Source: an uncultured Blastocatellia bacterium
Lineage (GTDB): Bacteria; Acidobacteriota; Blastocatellia; HR10
Reading direction: 5' to 3'
Length of the DNA stretch: 64,000 nucleotides
NCBI GenBank assembly: GCA_937934295.1
Contig: CALHAI010000018.1
Span: 966-64,965, forward strand
Made by a program: the position numbers and the translations under genes. This document shows, piece after piece, positions 40,301 through 49,887 of the stretch. Position 1 is the first letter of the stretch. Each line of letters opens with the position of its first letter. A model generated the notes under the pieces. The model saw only the letters and a list, made by a program, of their open reading frames with translations. It was not told the origin of the DNA and did no database searches.

Positions 40301-41011
40301 ATGATGCGCGTGCGACATCTTGGACTTGTGGGAGTTGCGGTGGTGGTTATCGCGGGAGCATGGACCGCTGGATGGTGGTCGTTCTTTCCTCTTGATGGAC
40401 TTCAGGAGATCGCTCGATCTTCGGAAGAACGGTTGCAGGGTGGGACGCCAGCGCTTCAACTCTCGGCCTCTGAGGTCGATTTTGGTGAGGTTCCCCTGGG
40501 CAGCGTTCGGGAAGCATCGCTGGTGCTGACCAATGTGGGGACGGCGCCGCTGCGGATCGCGGAGATTCGGACAGGCGGGCGCTTCTCGCTCGTTCGGGCG
40601 CCGTTGCTTCCGGCGCGGATCGGTCCGGGCGTGAGTGTGAGGGTGAACGTGGCGTTTACTCCTGCAGGGCCCGGCATGGCGTCGGATCAGCTGCAGATCA
40701 TGAGCGATGCTCCTTCGGGCATGCTCTCGGTTCCGCTGCGGGCGGTCGCTGTTGGGAATCTCGTCGCCAAGGCTAAACGGGCGGCGAAACCCCTAGCGCG
40801 TGTGGCCAAGCGTGCGCTTGAGGGCCAGGTGCTTCCGGCTGAGGTTCGGCTCCCGCTTCCGACGGCCGATCCCGGAGCGCTTCCGGTTGTTCGGTCGCTC
40901 ATCGAACTCACCTCGTTTCTCCGAGCGGAGGACGTCGGTGCCCTTCAACTGATATCTGATGAGGCATCGCTTGAAGTCGGGGTGGGTCCAAAGACTGATC
41001 TCAAGCCATGA
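40301..41011 (+). CDS. Hypothetical membrane-anchored protein, DUF1573-like (Ig-fold)
   Basis: N-terminal TM segment. The motif VDFGEVPLGSVREASLVLTNVGTAPLRI resembles DUF1573 domains. Weak evidence. Confidence 0.4.
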   Translation: MMRVRHLGLVGVAVVVIAGAWTAGWWSFFPLDGLQEIARSSEERLQGGTPALQLSASEVDFGEVPLGSVREASLVLTNVGTAPLRIAEIRTGGRFSLVRAPLLPARIGPGVSVRVNVAFTPAGPGMASDQLQIMSDAPSGMLSVPLRAVAVGNLVAKAKRAAKPLARVAKRALEGQVLPAEVRLPLPTADPGALPVVRSLIELTSFLRAEDVGALQLISDEASLEVGVGPKTDLKP

Positions 41012-41099
41012 AGTTCACGGAGAGGGTGAAGGAGAGGACCGCGAGTGAGCAGACTTCAAGCGTCCTCTCAAGGCCAAGGAGCGAGGTGGGCGCGTATCT

Positions 41100-41516
41100 C
41101 TAGAACGGGACGTCTTCCTCGCCGGGCTCGAAGCCGGAGATTGGGCTGAGCGGTTCCTCAGCGACTCCTTCCTCTTCCACGGGCTTCCGATCGAGGAAGC
41201 GCACATCCGAAGCCTCGATACGAAGCTGCGTTCGGGGCAAGCCCTCTCGGTCCGTATATTCATCCAGATACAACCGTCCCTCGACGTAAACCAAGCTCCC
41301 CTTCTTGAGATACTGATGAGTGAGCTCGGCCAATCGGCGCCAAGCGGTCACGCGGAACCAGAGTGTCCGCTCTTGAAGCTCTCCCGTATTATCGCGCCTC
41401 CGCTCATTGGTCGCGACCGAGAAGGTGCACACGGGGACGCCTTGAGGGGTATAGCGGAGCTCTGGGTCGCGTCCGAGGTTTCCGATGATGATGATCTTGT
41501 TGAATGACATAGCCAT
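41100..41516 (-). CDS. ssb: Single-stranded DNA-binding protein
   Basis: Start at MAMSFNKIIIIGNLGRDPELRYTPQG (OB fold). The C-terminus has an acidic tail ending DVPF. Confidence 0.85.
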   Translation of the reverse strand: MAMSFNKIIIIGNLGRDPELRYTPQGVPVCTFSVATNERRRDNTGELQERTLWFRVTAWRRLAELTHQYLKKGSLVYVEGRLYLDEYTDREGLPRTQLRIEASDVRFLDRKPVEEEGVAEEPLSPISGFEPGEEDVPF

Positions 41517-41529
41517 CTCCTTGGCGAGA

Positions 41530-42390
41530 TCACCGACGGCGCCGCGGCGTCGTCGGGCGGGGCTCCTCAATGGGGACGCCAAGCTGCTGGAGTCTCTGGC
41601 GAGCCGCGTTCACCTCGTTCGAAGGGAGAGGGTGACGAGCGACAAGGCGCAGTTCGGCGATGGCTTCCTCGCGGTGGCCCAGTTCCAGGAGCGCGAGCGC
41701 CTTCTTCAGGCGAGCGGCCAGTGCCTTATCGCTTTGCGGGTATGTGCGCAGGAGCGCGTCGAATTCGGCCACAGCATCCTCGTAGCGGCCGAGGCTGTAG
41801 AGGCACTCGCCGATCCAGTATTGGGCGTTGTCGGTCGTCTCCAGTGCAGGAAAGCGTTGCACGTACTGTCGAAACTGGTCGAGCGCCAGCTCATAGTTCC
41901 CCTTGAGATACTCACCGTAGGCGGCACTGAAGAGCTGGATCGGATCGGTTGGGTCAATGGTCGCAGCCCGACGTTGGGCTTGGGCGAGGCTCTCGGCGAG
42001 AGCGGCGATACGATCATGGAGCTGGACAAGGTGTTCGGAGGTCGTGCGCAGATGCATCTCCATGGTGGTGAGGCGGGAGTCCATCTGGGTGAAGAGGCTC
42101 CCTGTACGCGTCTGCGTCTCTCCAAGCGTCTGCTGCAAGGCCGAGAGTGTGCGCTGTAAGGCCGCGACGTTCTCGCCGATCTGTCCCAGAAGCGCGAGCC
42201 ATTGACCATTACTTCGGTCGAAGGACTCCTGCAAGTCGCGAAGCTGTCGTTGCAGGATGAGGACTTCGGCCTGGAGCTTGGCGATCGCTTCGAGCTCCTT
42301 CTTCCCGGCCCGTGAGGAGGGGGAGAGAAGAAACAGGACGATTGCGGCCAGGCCGAGGCCACGTGAGAGACTCAATTGTCGCATTCCCAT
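41530..42390 (-). CDS. cpoB: Tol-Pal system protein CpoB/YbgF (coiled-coil plus TPR)
   Basis: Signal peptide. Long N-terminal coiled-coil. C-terminal TPR region (YWIGECLYSLGRYEDAVAEFDALLRTYPQSDKA). It lies downstream of pal, as expected. Confidence 0.7.
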   Translation of the reverse strand: MGMRQLSLSRGLGLAAIVLFLLSPSSRAGKKELEAIAKLQAEVLILQRQLRDLQESFDRSNGQWLALLGQIGENVAALQRTLSALQQTLGETQTRTGSLFTQMDSRLTTMEMHLRTTSEHLVQLHDRIAALAESLAQAQRRAATIDPTDPIQLFSAAYGEYLKGNYELALDQFRQYVQRFPALETTDNAQYWIGECLYSLGRYEDAVAEFDALLRTYPQSDKALAARLKKALALLELGHREEAIAELRLVARHPLPSNEVNAARQRLQQLGVPIEEPRPTTPRRRR

Positions 42391-42507
42391 CCCTCCTTAT
42401 ACGGGGCTTGCTGCGACGGCGACCATGCCCGACGCCAGATGTTACGACAGGTACGGGCCGAAGGCAAGATAGGCGAAGGCCCTTCGGCGAAGAGCCTTCG
42501 CCGAGAG

Positions 42508-43455
42508 TCAGCGTCTTGGGGGCGTGGGATCGCCGCCCTGGATATAGACGAACTCATCGCGCCGATTCAGCGCCCAAGCGCGCTCGTTGCTCTCCGGAAC
42601 GGCCGGGCGCGTCTCTCCAAAACTGACCGTCTGAATGCGCTCCGGAGCGACGCCGAGACTGATCAGAAAATCGCGAGCCGCATTGGCGCGACGATCGCCG
42701 AGGGCCATGTTATACTCCTCCGTGCCCCGTTCGTCGCAGTGGCCCTCGATGCGGAAGAGGATCGTGCGGTTCTCCGGACGATTCAGCCATTCGGCCGCGC
42801 GACGCAGCCGGGCCTGCGCTTCCTCGTCCAGCTCCGCGCTATCGAAGGGGAAGTAGATGGTCTTGACCATGTCGGCGAATTCGGCCGAGATATTGCGTAG
42901 CGGTGGAGGTGGCGGGGGTGGAGGTGGCGGGGATGGAGGTTCGACGACCGTGAGCGTCGTGCTGGCCGTGGCTTCACCGCCGGGGCCGCGAGCGATGGCC
43001 GTATAGGTCGTCGTCTGAGGAGGAGAGACGACGCGGTTCCCGCTCGGTTGGACAGGACCCAGACCGGTGATCTCCACCGTTTGGGCATCGGTGCTTGACC
43101 ACCGCAGCGTCGCCTGTTGACCGCGCTCGATGCGTTCGGGTTCGACGGAGATGGAGATGGTCGGACGCGGTTGGATGACTTCGACGCGCGCCAGCGCTCG
43201 GGCTTCGCGCTTACCACGTCGAGCGACGGCCTCGTAGGTGGTCGTCTCCGTTGGGGCGACCTTCATCGTCCCGGATTTAGCGACCGGCCGAGCGTTGATC
43301 GTCACCGTCTGCGCGTGCTTTGACGTCCAGCTCAATTCCGTCTCCTCACCGCGATTGATGCGGTCGCGAGAGGCCGTGAGCGAGATCTGCGGCCGGCACG
43401 CCGACCCGAAGACGATGAGCGAAAGCGGGATGAGGATCCAGAGGTATCGTCTCAT
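42508..43455 (-). CDS. pal: Peptidoglycan-associated lipoprotein (Pal/OmpA-family), an extended form
   Basis: Start ATG 43455 (MRRYLWILIPLSLIVFGSAC, lipoprotein-like). Two repeated Ig-like modules, then a PPSPPPPPPPPPP linker, then an OmpA C-terminal domain (IEGHCDERGTEEYNMALGDRRANAARDFL). Confidence 0.75.
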   Translation of the reverse strand: MRRYLWILIPLSLIVFGSACRPQISLTASRDRINRGEETELSWTSKHAQTVTINARPVAKSGTMKVAPTETTTYEAVARRGKREARALARVEVIQPRPTISISVEPERIERGQQATLRWSSTDAQTVEITGLGPVQPSGNRVVSPPQTTTYTAIARGPGGEATASTTLTVVEPPSPPPPPPPPPPLRNISAEFADMVKTIYFPFDSAELDEEAQARLRRAAEWLNRPENRTILFRIEGHCDERGTEEYNMALGDRRANAARDFLISLGVAPERIQTVSFGETRPAVPESNERAWALNRRDEFVYIQGGDPTPPRR

Positions 43456-43487
43456 AGCCTTTCTCTCCTTTTGCTGAGATGCACCAC

Positions 43488-44804
43488 TTATCGCGCCCAT
43501 GCTGGTGAACGTCCCCCGATATGCGTGATCTGTCGAACGCCCGTGCCGTCAATATGCATGAGGTAGATCTCGAAACGGCCCGTCCGATTCGACTGAAAGG
43601 CGAGATGCCGTCCATTGGGCGCCCAGCTGGGGCTCTCGTTGCTGCCGGGGCCGTCAGTCAGTTGGACGATCTCTCGCGTGGCGATGTCCATGAGGAAGAT
43701 ATCGAACTGGGAGGCGTAGGGAGGTCGCCAGGCGAAAGCGAGGAATCGCCCGTCGGGGGACCAGGCTGGCGAATCCGCGAAGCCTCCCCGATCCAGTACG
43801 CGGCGCAGATTGGCACCGTCCACATCGATGATATAAATCTGCGGGGTACCGCTCCGATTCGAGATGAAGGCGATCTCCCGCCCCGTGCGCGGATTCCACC
43901 GCGGTGAGGAATGGATCAGGCCGCGCTCGCTGGTGAGCTGTCGGATGACGGAACCATCGGCCGAAGCGATGTAAAGCTGCGTACTGTTGCTATCCTTGCT
44001 GGAGCAGAAAGCGATCCATCGTCCGTCCGGAGAGAAGACGGGGGAGATCGTCGTCCCTTGCGGAAAATGTGGGAAGGGAAGGAGCATGCCGTCTGGGTAG
44101 GATCGAATGTGGATGTTGGGGACGCCGCTGGAGAGGGAGACGTAGGCGATCTTGCGACCATCGGGAGACCAGGATGGGAAAAGAGCCGTCGAGCCCTCGC
44201 GGGTGAAAGGGCGGACGTTGGCGCCATCGTAATCCATGACGTAGATCTCGCTCTGGCGTCCTTGGCCGGAGACGAAGGCGATGCGGCTTGTGGCGATGCC
44301 GTCAAGACCCGTCAGGGTCTTGACGATCTCATCGGCGATGATGTGTGCGGCTTGGCGCGCTTGTCCGATCGGGAAGCGATGTTGTCGGGCATAGAGCCGC
44401 TGTCGGGCTTGGACATCGTAGAGGTAGCTCTCCAGGATCAACTCCTGGCCGATGAGGCTCACGTTGCCGAAGACGAGGTAATCGGCGCGGGTGGGATCGC
44501 CACCCCAGGCCGCGAAATCAACCTGCTCGGGTTCGGCCGGTCGATTCGAGGGATGGAGGCTCTGACCGACGAGATTCGCCACGCGAGCGAAGTCGAGATC
44601 TTGGGCGAGGACCTGGCGGATGAGTGCGGCGGCCGGAACGGCCGGCTCGTTCCTCGGCACGAAGTCCGCGATGGCGAGTGTCGGGCCGCGCCCCGGAGCA
44701 ACGATGATCTTCCCGATCTCTTGGCGAAGAGGGGAGGGTTGTTGAGCGAACACGAAGGCGCCAAGCAACAACAGCGTGCACCACGATGTCCTGATCATGA
44801 GCAT
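43488..44804 (-). CDS. tolB: Tol-Pal system beta-propeller protein TolB
   Basis: Has the N-terminal TolB domain plus a six-bladed propeller (IAFVSGQGRQSEIYVMDYDGANVRPFT...SWSPDGRKIAY...). Start ATG 44804 or 44798. Confidence 0.9.
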   Translation of the reverse strand: MLMIRTSWCTLLLLGAFVFAQQPSPLRQEIGKIIVAPGRGPTLAIADFVPRNEPAVPAAALIRQVLAQDLDFARVANLVGQSLHPSNRPAEPEQVDFAAWGGDPTRADYLVFGNVSLIGQELILESYLYDVQARQRLYARQHRFPIGQARQAAHIIADEIVKTLTGLDGIATSRIAFVSGQGRQSEIYVMDYDGANVRPFTREGSTALFPSWSPDGRKIAYVSLSSGVPNIHIRSYPDGMLLPFPHFPQGTTISPVFSPDGRWIAFCSSKDSNSTQLYIASADGSVIRQLTSERGLIHSSPRWNPRTGREIAFISNRSGTPQIYIIDVDGANLRRVLDRGGFADSPAWSPDGRFLAFAWRPPYASQFDIFLMDIATREIVQLTDGPGSNESPSWAPNGRHLAFQSNRTGRFEIYLMHIDGTGVRQITHIGGRSPAWAR

Positions 44805-44808
44805 CGGC

Positions 44809-45603
44809 CTAGTACTGGAAGTAGATCTCCGCGACGGCTTCACGAATGCCGGGCAGAAAGTCCGGCGGAAACGGGATGGGATGCCGATTCAGCTCCAAAA
44901 GCGCAGCTTCCACACGCGTGTCCACAATGGGGTTACCGCTTGGGCGAATGAAGGCGGTCGGATCCAGGCGTCCGTTCACGATCGAGAGGATCCGTCCATC
45001 ACGGGCGATTCGAACACGGACGATGACGAAGCGCTGACCAAGGGCAGCCGTCGGCGTGAGACGATAATAGGCGCTGAGAGCTTGTTGAAGCCGGCGGCCA
45101 TAGTCGGACCCGCCAGGGATCCCGATGCCGCCTCCCGGGCCCACGCCAAGACCGACGCCACCAGCCAGAGGAAGCGTCGGGCCGACGAGCGCGCTGGGGC
45201 TTGGAGAGCCTCCGATCTCCTGGCGTCCCGTATACGGGCGAGGGCCGTGCTGGACCGGGCGATCTGTCGTGAGCGTCCTCGGTTCAGGAGGTTGAGGCTT
45301 GCGGCCGGGAAGGGTGAGGTCTGGTCGGGCATCGGCCTGGACCCTCTGCTCGATCCGAACTGTCGAGAGGCCGGGTGTTTCTCCGAGCGCTCCCGTGGGC
45401 GGTCGGGGAAAGAGTCGGGCCACCTCCCATCCTTCGGCGAGGCCGACTTCGATGGCGGAGCCGCTGCCCCCTTCGCCTCCTGGGCCGGCGATCACGAAGA
45501 ATTCGGCCATCGGGCTGCCAAAGCGCAGCAGGGCGAGCGCGAGGCCAAGAGCCATATGCCCGGCCACCGAGATCGCGAGCCACCGATCGAATCGCCACTT
45601 CAT
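44809..45603 (-). CDS. tolA: TolA-like protein (TonB-family C-terminal domain)
   Basis: N-terminal TM anchor. A Pro/Gly-rich linker. C-terminal TonB/TolA-type domain (...RILSIVNGRLDPT...). Its position between tolR and tolB fits. Its start overlaps the tolR stop (ATGA). Confidence 0.6.
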   Translation of the reverse strand: MKWRFDRWLAISVAGHMALGLALALLRFGSPMAEFFVIAGPGGEGGSGSAIEVGLAEGWEVARLFPRPPTGALGETPGLSTVRIEQRVQADARPDLTLPGRKPQPPEPRTLTTDRPVQHGPRPYTGRQEIGGSPSPSALVGPTLPLAGGVGLGVGPGGGIGIPGGSDYGRRLQQALSAYYRLTPTAALGQRFVIVRVRIARDGRILSIVNGRLDPTAFIRPSGNPIVDTRVEAALLELNRHPIPFPPDFLPGIREAVAEIYFQY

Positions 45604-46031
45604 CGTTCGACATCCGTCACCAGACTCACAGAGGCACCGGCCTCCTTGCAGAGGCTGAGGACGTAGGCGATGACCCGATAGGGGGTATCGCCATCGCCAC
45701 GGACGTAGACGCGTTTCTCCGCAAGCTGGGCTAACTCTTGGCGCAATCGTCGCGGCAACTCGTTCACGTTGATCGGCCTTTGGGCAGTGCGTCCGCCGGA
45801 GCTGAGATAGATGTTCCCATCGCGATCTACCGTCACGAGGATGGCGTTGGCCGAGAGCGTGTGAGGTTCAGCGGTCCGCGTGCGGGGGAGATTCACGTGG
45901 ATACCCGCTTGCAGAAGCGGGGCCGTCACCATGAAGATCACCAGCAGTACGAGCATGACGTCCACAAGGGGCGTCACGTTGATCTCCGAAAGCGACGAGT
46001 GCACCTGCCGATCATGACCGATAAACGCCAT
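45600..46031 (-). CDS. tolR: Biopolymer transport protein TolR/ExbD
   Basis: Start ATG 46031 (MAFIGHDRQVHSSLSEINVTPLVDVMLVLLVIFMV...). 143 aa, typical ExbD/TolR. The track's 244-aa version carries a spurious N-terminal extension that overlaps tolQ. Confidence 0.8.
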   Translation of the reverse strand: MAFIGHDRQVHSSLSEINVTPLVDVMLVLLVIFMVTAPLLQAGIHVNLPRTRTAEPHTLSANAILVTVDRDGNIYLSSGGRTAQRPINVNELPRRLRQELAQLAEKRVYVRGDGDTPYRVIAYVLSLCKEAGASVSLVTDVER

Positions 46032-46695
46032 ACTGGGCGGCGCTCCTTTCGGCGATCTCGAGAAATTCGAGCGTGAAATCCTCCATGAGCGTCGAGACCG
46101 CGCGCAATCGACTGACGAAATAATTATATGCCATGTAGGCCGGGACAGCGACGAAGAGTCCGAAGGCCGTGGCCACCAAGGCTTCGGCGATGCCCGGGGC
46201 AACGGCTTGGATCGACGTCTGCGCTTGGGTGGAGAGGCCTTGGAACGCGAGGATGATGCCGACGACGGTGCCGAAGAGGCCGATGAAGGGAGCCGATGTC
46301 GCGATGGAAGCGAGTCCGCTGATGCCCTCTTCAAGACCGGCCATTTCGGCCAAGGCCGCGCGCTTGAGCGCGCGTTCGATCAAGAGGCGTTCGGGCAGGC
46401 GGCTGTCTCCGGCCATCTGCTCGCGCAGGCTCTCGTAGCCGGCTCGAAAGATCTCCACAAGCGGACTCGGGCGATAGCGTGGGCTCATCTTGTAGACGTG
46501 ATGGGGATCGCTCGTCGTCCGGAAAAGCTCCAGGAAGGCTGCCGATTGTCGCGCGAGGCGACGAAAGAGGGTGTACTTCCTCAGGATGAACGCCCAGGAA
46601 TAGATCGACAGCAGCGCCAGTAACAGAAGGACGAGCTTCGCCGGAAGCGAGGCCTGCGCAATGAGCTGATAGATATCGAACGTCGCCGTCGGCAT
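46012..46695 (-). CDS. tolQ: Tol-Pal proton-channel protein TolQ/ExbB
   Basis: Start ATG 46695 (MPTATFDIYQLIAQASLPAKLVLLLL...). MotA/TolQ/ExbB family, three TM helices, conserved SIATSAPFIGLFGTVVGI. Confidence 0.85.
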   Translation of the reverse strand: MPTATFDIYQLIAQASLPAKLVLLLLALLSIYSWAFILRKYTLFRRLARQSAAFLELFRTTSDPHHVYKMSPRYRPSPLVEIFRAGYESLREQMAGDSRLPERLLIERALKRAALAEMAGLEEGISGLASIATSAPFIGLFGTVVGIILAFQGLSTQAQTSIQAVAPGIAEALVATAFGLFVAVPAYMAYNYFVSRLRAVSTLMEDFTLEFLEIAERSAAQYGVYRS

Positions 46696-46751
46696 GAGCC
46701 TTCGATCTCCCTCAGCGAGACGTTCACCTGCAAGAATCATGATTATACCGA

Positions 46752-46764
46752 TCGAATCGTTCGA
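46752..46764. promoter_or_regulatory. Palindrome TCGAA-N3-TTCGA in the tolQ/recN divergent region; a possible operator
   Basis: Perfect inverted arms are seen in the sequence. It lies about 65 nt upstream of the recN ATG. I could not assign it to a LexA-box class. Confidence 0.25.
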
Positions 46765-46827
46765 CTGTCAATCCGAATGCGGAAAGGGTGGTGACAGCGG
46801 CGACGATCTATGATACACTTGCATCCG

Positions 46828-48489
46828 ATGTTGAGGTTTCTGAAAGTCGCCAACATTGCTGTGATCGAGAACGTGGAGGTGGAGTTTGAGCCGGGGCTGA
46901 ATCTGCTGACGGGGGAGACGGGCTCGGGGAAATCCCTGCTTGTAGACGCCGTCACGATGCTGTTGGGGGAACGGGCTGGGGCGGATGTGCTGCGTTCGGG
47001 GGAAGCGAGGGGATACATTGAGGGCATCTTTCGTCTGGAGACGTGGCCGGAGGACTTGGTAGCGCTCTTTCATGACGCGGGCGTTGAGGTGGAGGAGGAG
47101 CTCATCCTTCGGCGGGAGATCTCGGCCTCGGGGCGGAGTCGGATCTTCGCCAACGATCGTCTGGTGACGCAAGCCTTCGTCCGCGCCGTGCGCCCACATT
47201 TGGTGGACATTTATGGCCAAGGCGAAGCGCCGATGGCACTTGTAGGGGGGAGACCGCTTCGGCTGCTCGACAGCTATGCGCAGACGGATGAGCTGCGGCG
47301 GCGCGTTGAGGAGTTGGCCTTGGCCTACCGGGAGATCGAACGCGCCCTGGACGAGCTCTCTCGAGCTGAAGCCGAACGCCTGCGACTTTTGGATGTCTAC
47401 CAATTTCAGATTCGGGAGATCGAGCGAGTTCATCCGACGCTTGGTGAGGATGAGGAGTTGGGGCGCGAACGGGCGTTGTTAGCGAATGCCGAGACGCTCT
47501 TCCAATTGGCGCAGGAGGCTTATGCGGAGCTTTACGAGGCCGACGATTCGATGGTGCGCAAGGGGGCGCGCGTGTATCGGAGACTGGAACAGCTGCGGGG
47601 AATGGACGAACGCGCGGCGGGCGCGTTGGAGCTTCTTGAGCGGGCGCGCATCTTTCTGGAAGAGGTTGCCTACTTCTTGCGAGACTATCGAGAGGGGATT
47701 CGGTTCTCTCCGGAACGGTTGGCCGAGGTCGAGGGGCGGTTGGCGGAGTTGGAGCGGCTGAAGCGGAAATACGGGCCGACGCTTCGCGAAGTGTTGGAGA
47801 CGTTGGCCGAACTGAAGGCGAAGTACGAGGAACTGGCCAGCGCCGATATGCGGCGGGGGGAGTTGGAGGAGCGACGGAAGCGGTTGCAGGCGGAATATCG
47901 GCAATTGGCGGGCGAGTTGAGCCGGAAGCGGGAGCAAGCGGCTCGGGCGCTGGAGCGGGCCGTGACGGCAGAGTTGCGAGCGCTGGCGCTTGAACGAGGG
48001 CGATTTCAAGTGGCGCTTGTACCGGTCGAGGAGTTTCCGAGCCCGGAGGGGATGGAACGGGTGCAGTTTCTCGTGGCGCTGAACGTCGGAGAGGAGCCGC
48101 GGCCGGTGGCGAAGGTCGCCTCCGGGGGGGAGCTCTCTCGGATCATGTTGGCGCTCAAGACAGTGGCCTCGCGGTGGCGAGGGCCGCGCACGTTGATCTT
48201 CGACGAGATCGATGTGGGGATTGGGGGGCGGGTCGCTGAGATCGTCGGGGAGCGGCTGAAGCAGTTGGGGGAGCGGTATCAAGTCTTATGCGTGACGCAC
48301 CAGCCGCAGATTGCGCGCTTCGCCGATGCGCATTATCGTGTGGTGAAGGAGGTCGTCGGGGGGCGGACGCAGGTTCGGGTAGAGCGTCTTGGCCAAATGG
48401 AGCGCGTGGAGGAATTGGCGCGAATGCTTGGTGGGCGGGAGATCACGGAGGTGGTGCGCCGACACGCGCGAGAGCTGATCCGTAGCTAA
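46828..48489 (+). CDS. recN: DNA repair protein RecN
   Basis: Start ATG 46828 (MLRFLKVANIAVIENVEVEFEPGLNLLTGETGSGKS). SMC-like coiled coil. C-terminal signature ...LIFDEIDVGIGG. Confidence 0.9.
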   Translation: MLRFLKVANIAVIENVEVEFEPGLNLLTGETGSGKSLLVDAVTMLLGERAGADVLRSGEARGYIEGIFRLETWPEDLVALFHDAGVEVEEELILRREISASGRSRIFANDRLVTQAFVRAVRPHLVDIYGQGEAPMALVGGRPLRLLDSYAQTDELRRRVEELALAYREIERALDELSRAEAERLRLLDVYQFQIREIERVHPTLGEDEELGRERALLANAETLFQLAQEAYAELYEADDSMVRKGARVYRRLEQLRGMDERAAGALELLERARIFLEEVAYFLRDYREGIRFSPERLAEVEGRLAELERLKRKYGPTLREVLETLAELKAKYEELASADMRRGELEERRKRLQAEYRQLAGELSRKREQAARALERAVTAELRALALERGRFQVALVPVEEFPSPEGMERVQFLVALNVGEEPRPVAKVASGGELSRIMLALKTVASRWRGPRTLIFDEIDVGIGGRVAEIVGERLKQLGERYQVLCVTHQPQIARFADAHYRVVKEVVGGRTQVRVERLGQMERVEELARMLGGREITEVVRRHARELIRS

Positions 48490-48534
48490 GCTTTTGATTC
48501 TTTTGATCTTAACTTCAATGTCGGCGGGCCGACA

Positions 48535-49872
48535 ATGACGCGCTTCTTCATCGAGACGTTTGGCTGCCAGATGAACGTCGTGGATTCGGAGAAGGCGGCG
48601 GCGCTGCTTCGTCGTCTGGGCTATGAGTGGACCGATGATCCGGAACAGGCCGAGGTCATCTTGCTCAACACGTGTTCGGTGCGGGAGAAACCTGAAGAGA
48701 AGGTCTACACGCGGATCCGGCAATTTCGCCGTCGGCGGCGGGATCAGGTGTTCATCGGCGTCATGGGGTGCGTGGCGCAGTTGTATGGGCGGAGATTGCT
48801 TGAGCGGGTGCCGGGCGTGGATTTCGTCTTGGGGACGCAGGCGCTCGGCGAGTTGCCGCGGATTGTCGAGCACTTGCGCGCTCAAGGGGGGCCGTCGATC
48901 GTTCAGACGCGCATGTCGAATCGTCCAGAGTTCTTGGAGATCTCTCCAGCCGAACGACGTCAGCGGCATGTCGCCTATGTGCCGATCATGGAAGGGTGCG
49001 ACAAGTTCTGTTCCTTCTGCATCGTCCCCTTCACGCGCGGGCGCGAGCGCAGCCGCTCGCCTGTCCGGATCCTGGCCGAGCTGCGAGCGCTGGCTGAGGC
49101 CGGCTATCAAGAGGTGCATTTGTTGGGACAGAACGTCAACAGCTATGGCCTGAGCCATCGAATCGAGGGAGGCCGACCTCTGGCGTTCTTCGAGCTCTTG
49201 CGCCTTGTGGCTGAGCAATCGGGCTTCCCCCGCATCAAGTTCACGACGTCTCATCCGAAGGACTTCATGCCGGAGATCGTGCGCGCGATCGAAGAATATC
49301 CGAATCTCTGCAATTGGGTGCATCTGCCGCCGCAGGCGGGATCGGATCGAATTCTGACTCGAATGAACCGTGGGTATACACGGGCTGACTATCTGCGTCG
49401 CGTCCAATGGATTCGATCGGCGAAGCGGGAGATCGTCCTCACGGGCGATATCATCGTGGGATTTCCTGGGGAGACCGAACGCGATTTTCAGGAGACGCTT
49501 CGTCTGATCGAGGAAGTGCAGTTCGATGGGGTGTATCTGTTCAAGTACTCGCCGCGGCCGGGGACGCCGGCGGCGCGGCTCTCGGATCAAGTACCGGAGG
49601 AGGTGAAGACGGAACGGTTGATGCGCCTGGAAGAGCGGCAGCGGGAGATTCAGCTTCGGAGGCTACAGCGATATGTCGGTCGAGTCGTTGAAGTTTTAGT
49701 TGAGGGAAAGAGTTCTAAGTCTCAATTACATTGGGCCGGTCATACGACCGACAACATCGTCGTAAACTTCGAAGCTTCAAGAGAGAACATCGAAGGATCT
49801 CTCGTGAAGGTTGAGATCACGAGAGCGAATCCGCACAGCCTCTTCGGGCGGAGCCTCGAGGTTCTCCGTTAA
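48535..49872 (+). CDS. miaB: tRNA-2-methylthio-N6-dimethylallyladenosine synthase (radical SAM methylthiotransferase)
   Basis: ETFGCQMNVVDSE (the MiaB-type MTTase domain). Radical-SAM CDKFCSFC. C-terminal TRAM domain. Confidence 0.9.
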   Translation: MTRFFIETFGCQMNVVDSEKAAALLRRLGYEWTDDPEQAEVILLNTCSVREKPEEKVYTRIRQFRRRRRDQVFIGVMGCVAQLYGRRLLERVPGVDFVLGTQALGELPRIVEHLRAQGGPSIVQTRMSNRPEFLEISPAERRQRHVAYVPIMEGCDKFCSFCIVPFTRGRERSRSPVRILAELRALAEAGYQEVHLLGQNVNSYGLSHRIEGGRPLAFFELLRLVAEQSGFPRIKFTTSHPKDFMPEIVRAIEEYPNLCNWVHLPPQAGSDRILTRMNRGYTRADYLRRVQWIRSAKREIVLTGDIIVGFPGETERDFQETLRLIEEVQFDGVYLFKYSPRPGTPAARLSDQVPEEVKTERLMRLEERQREIQLRRLQRYVGRVVEVLVEGKSSKSQLHWAGHTTDNIVVNFEASRENIEGSLVKVEITRANPHSLFGRSLEVLR

Positions 49873-49887
49873 GGTGAGGGACCTGCT

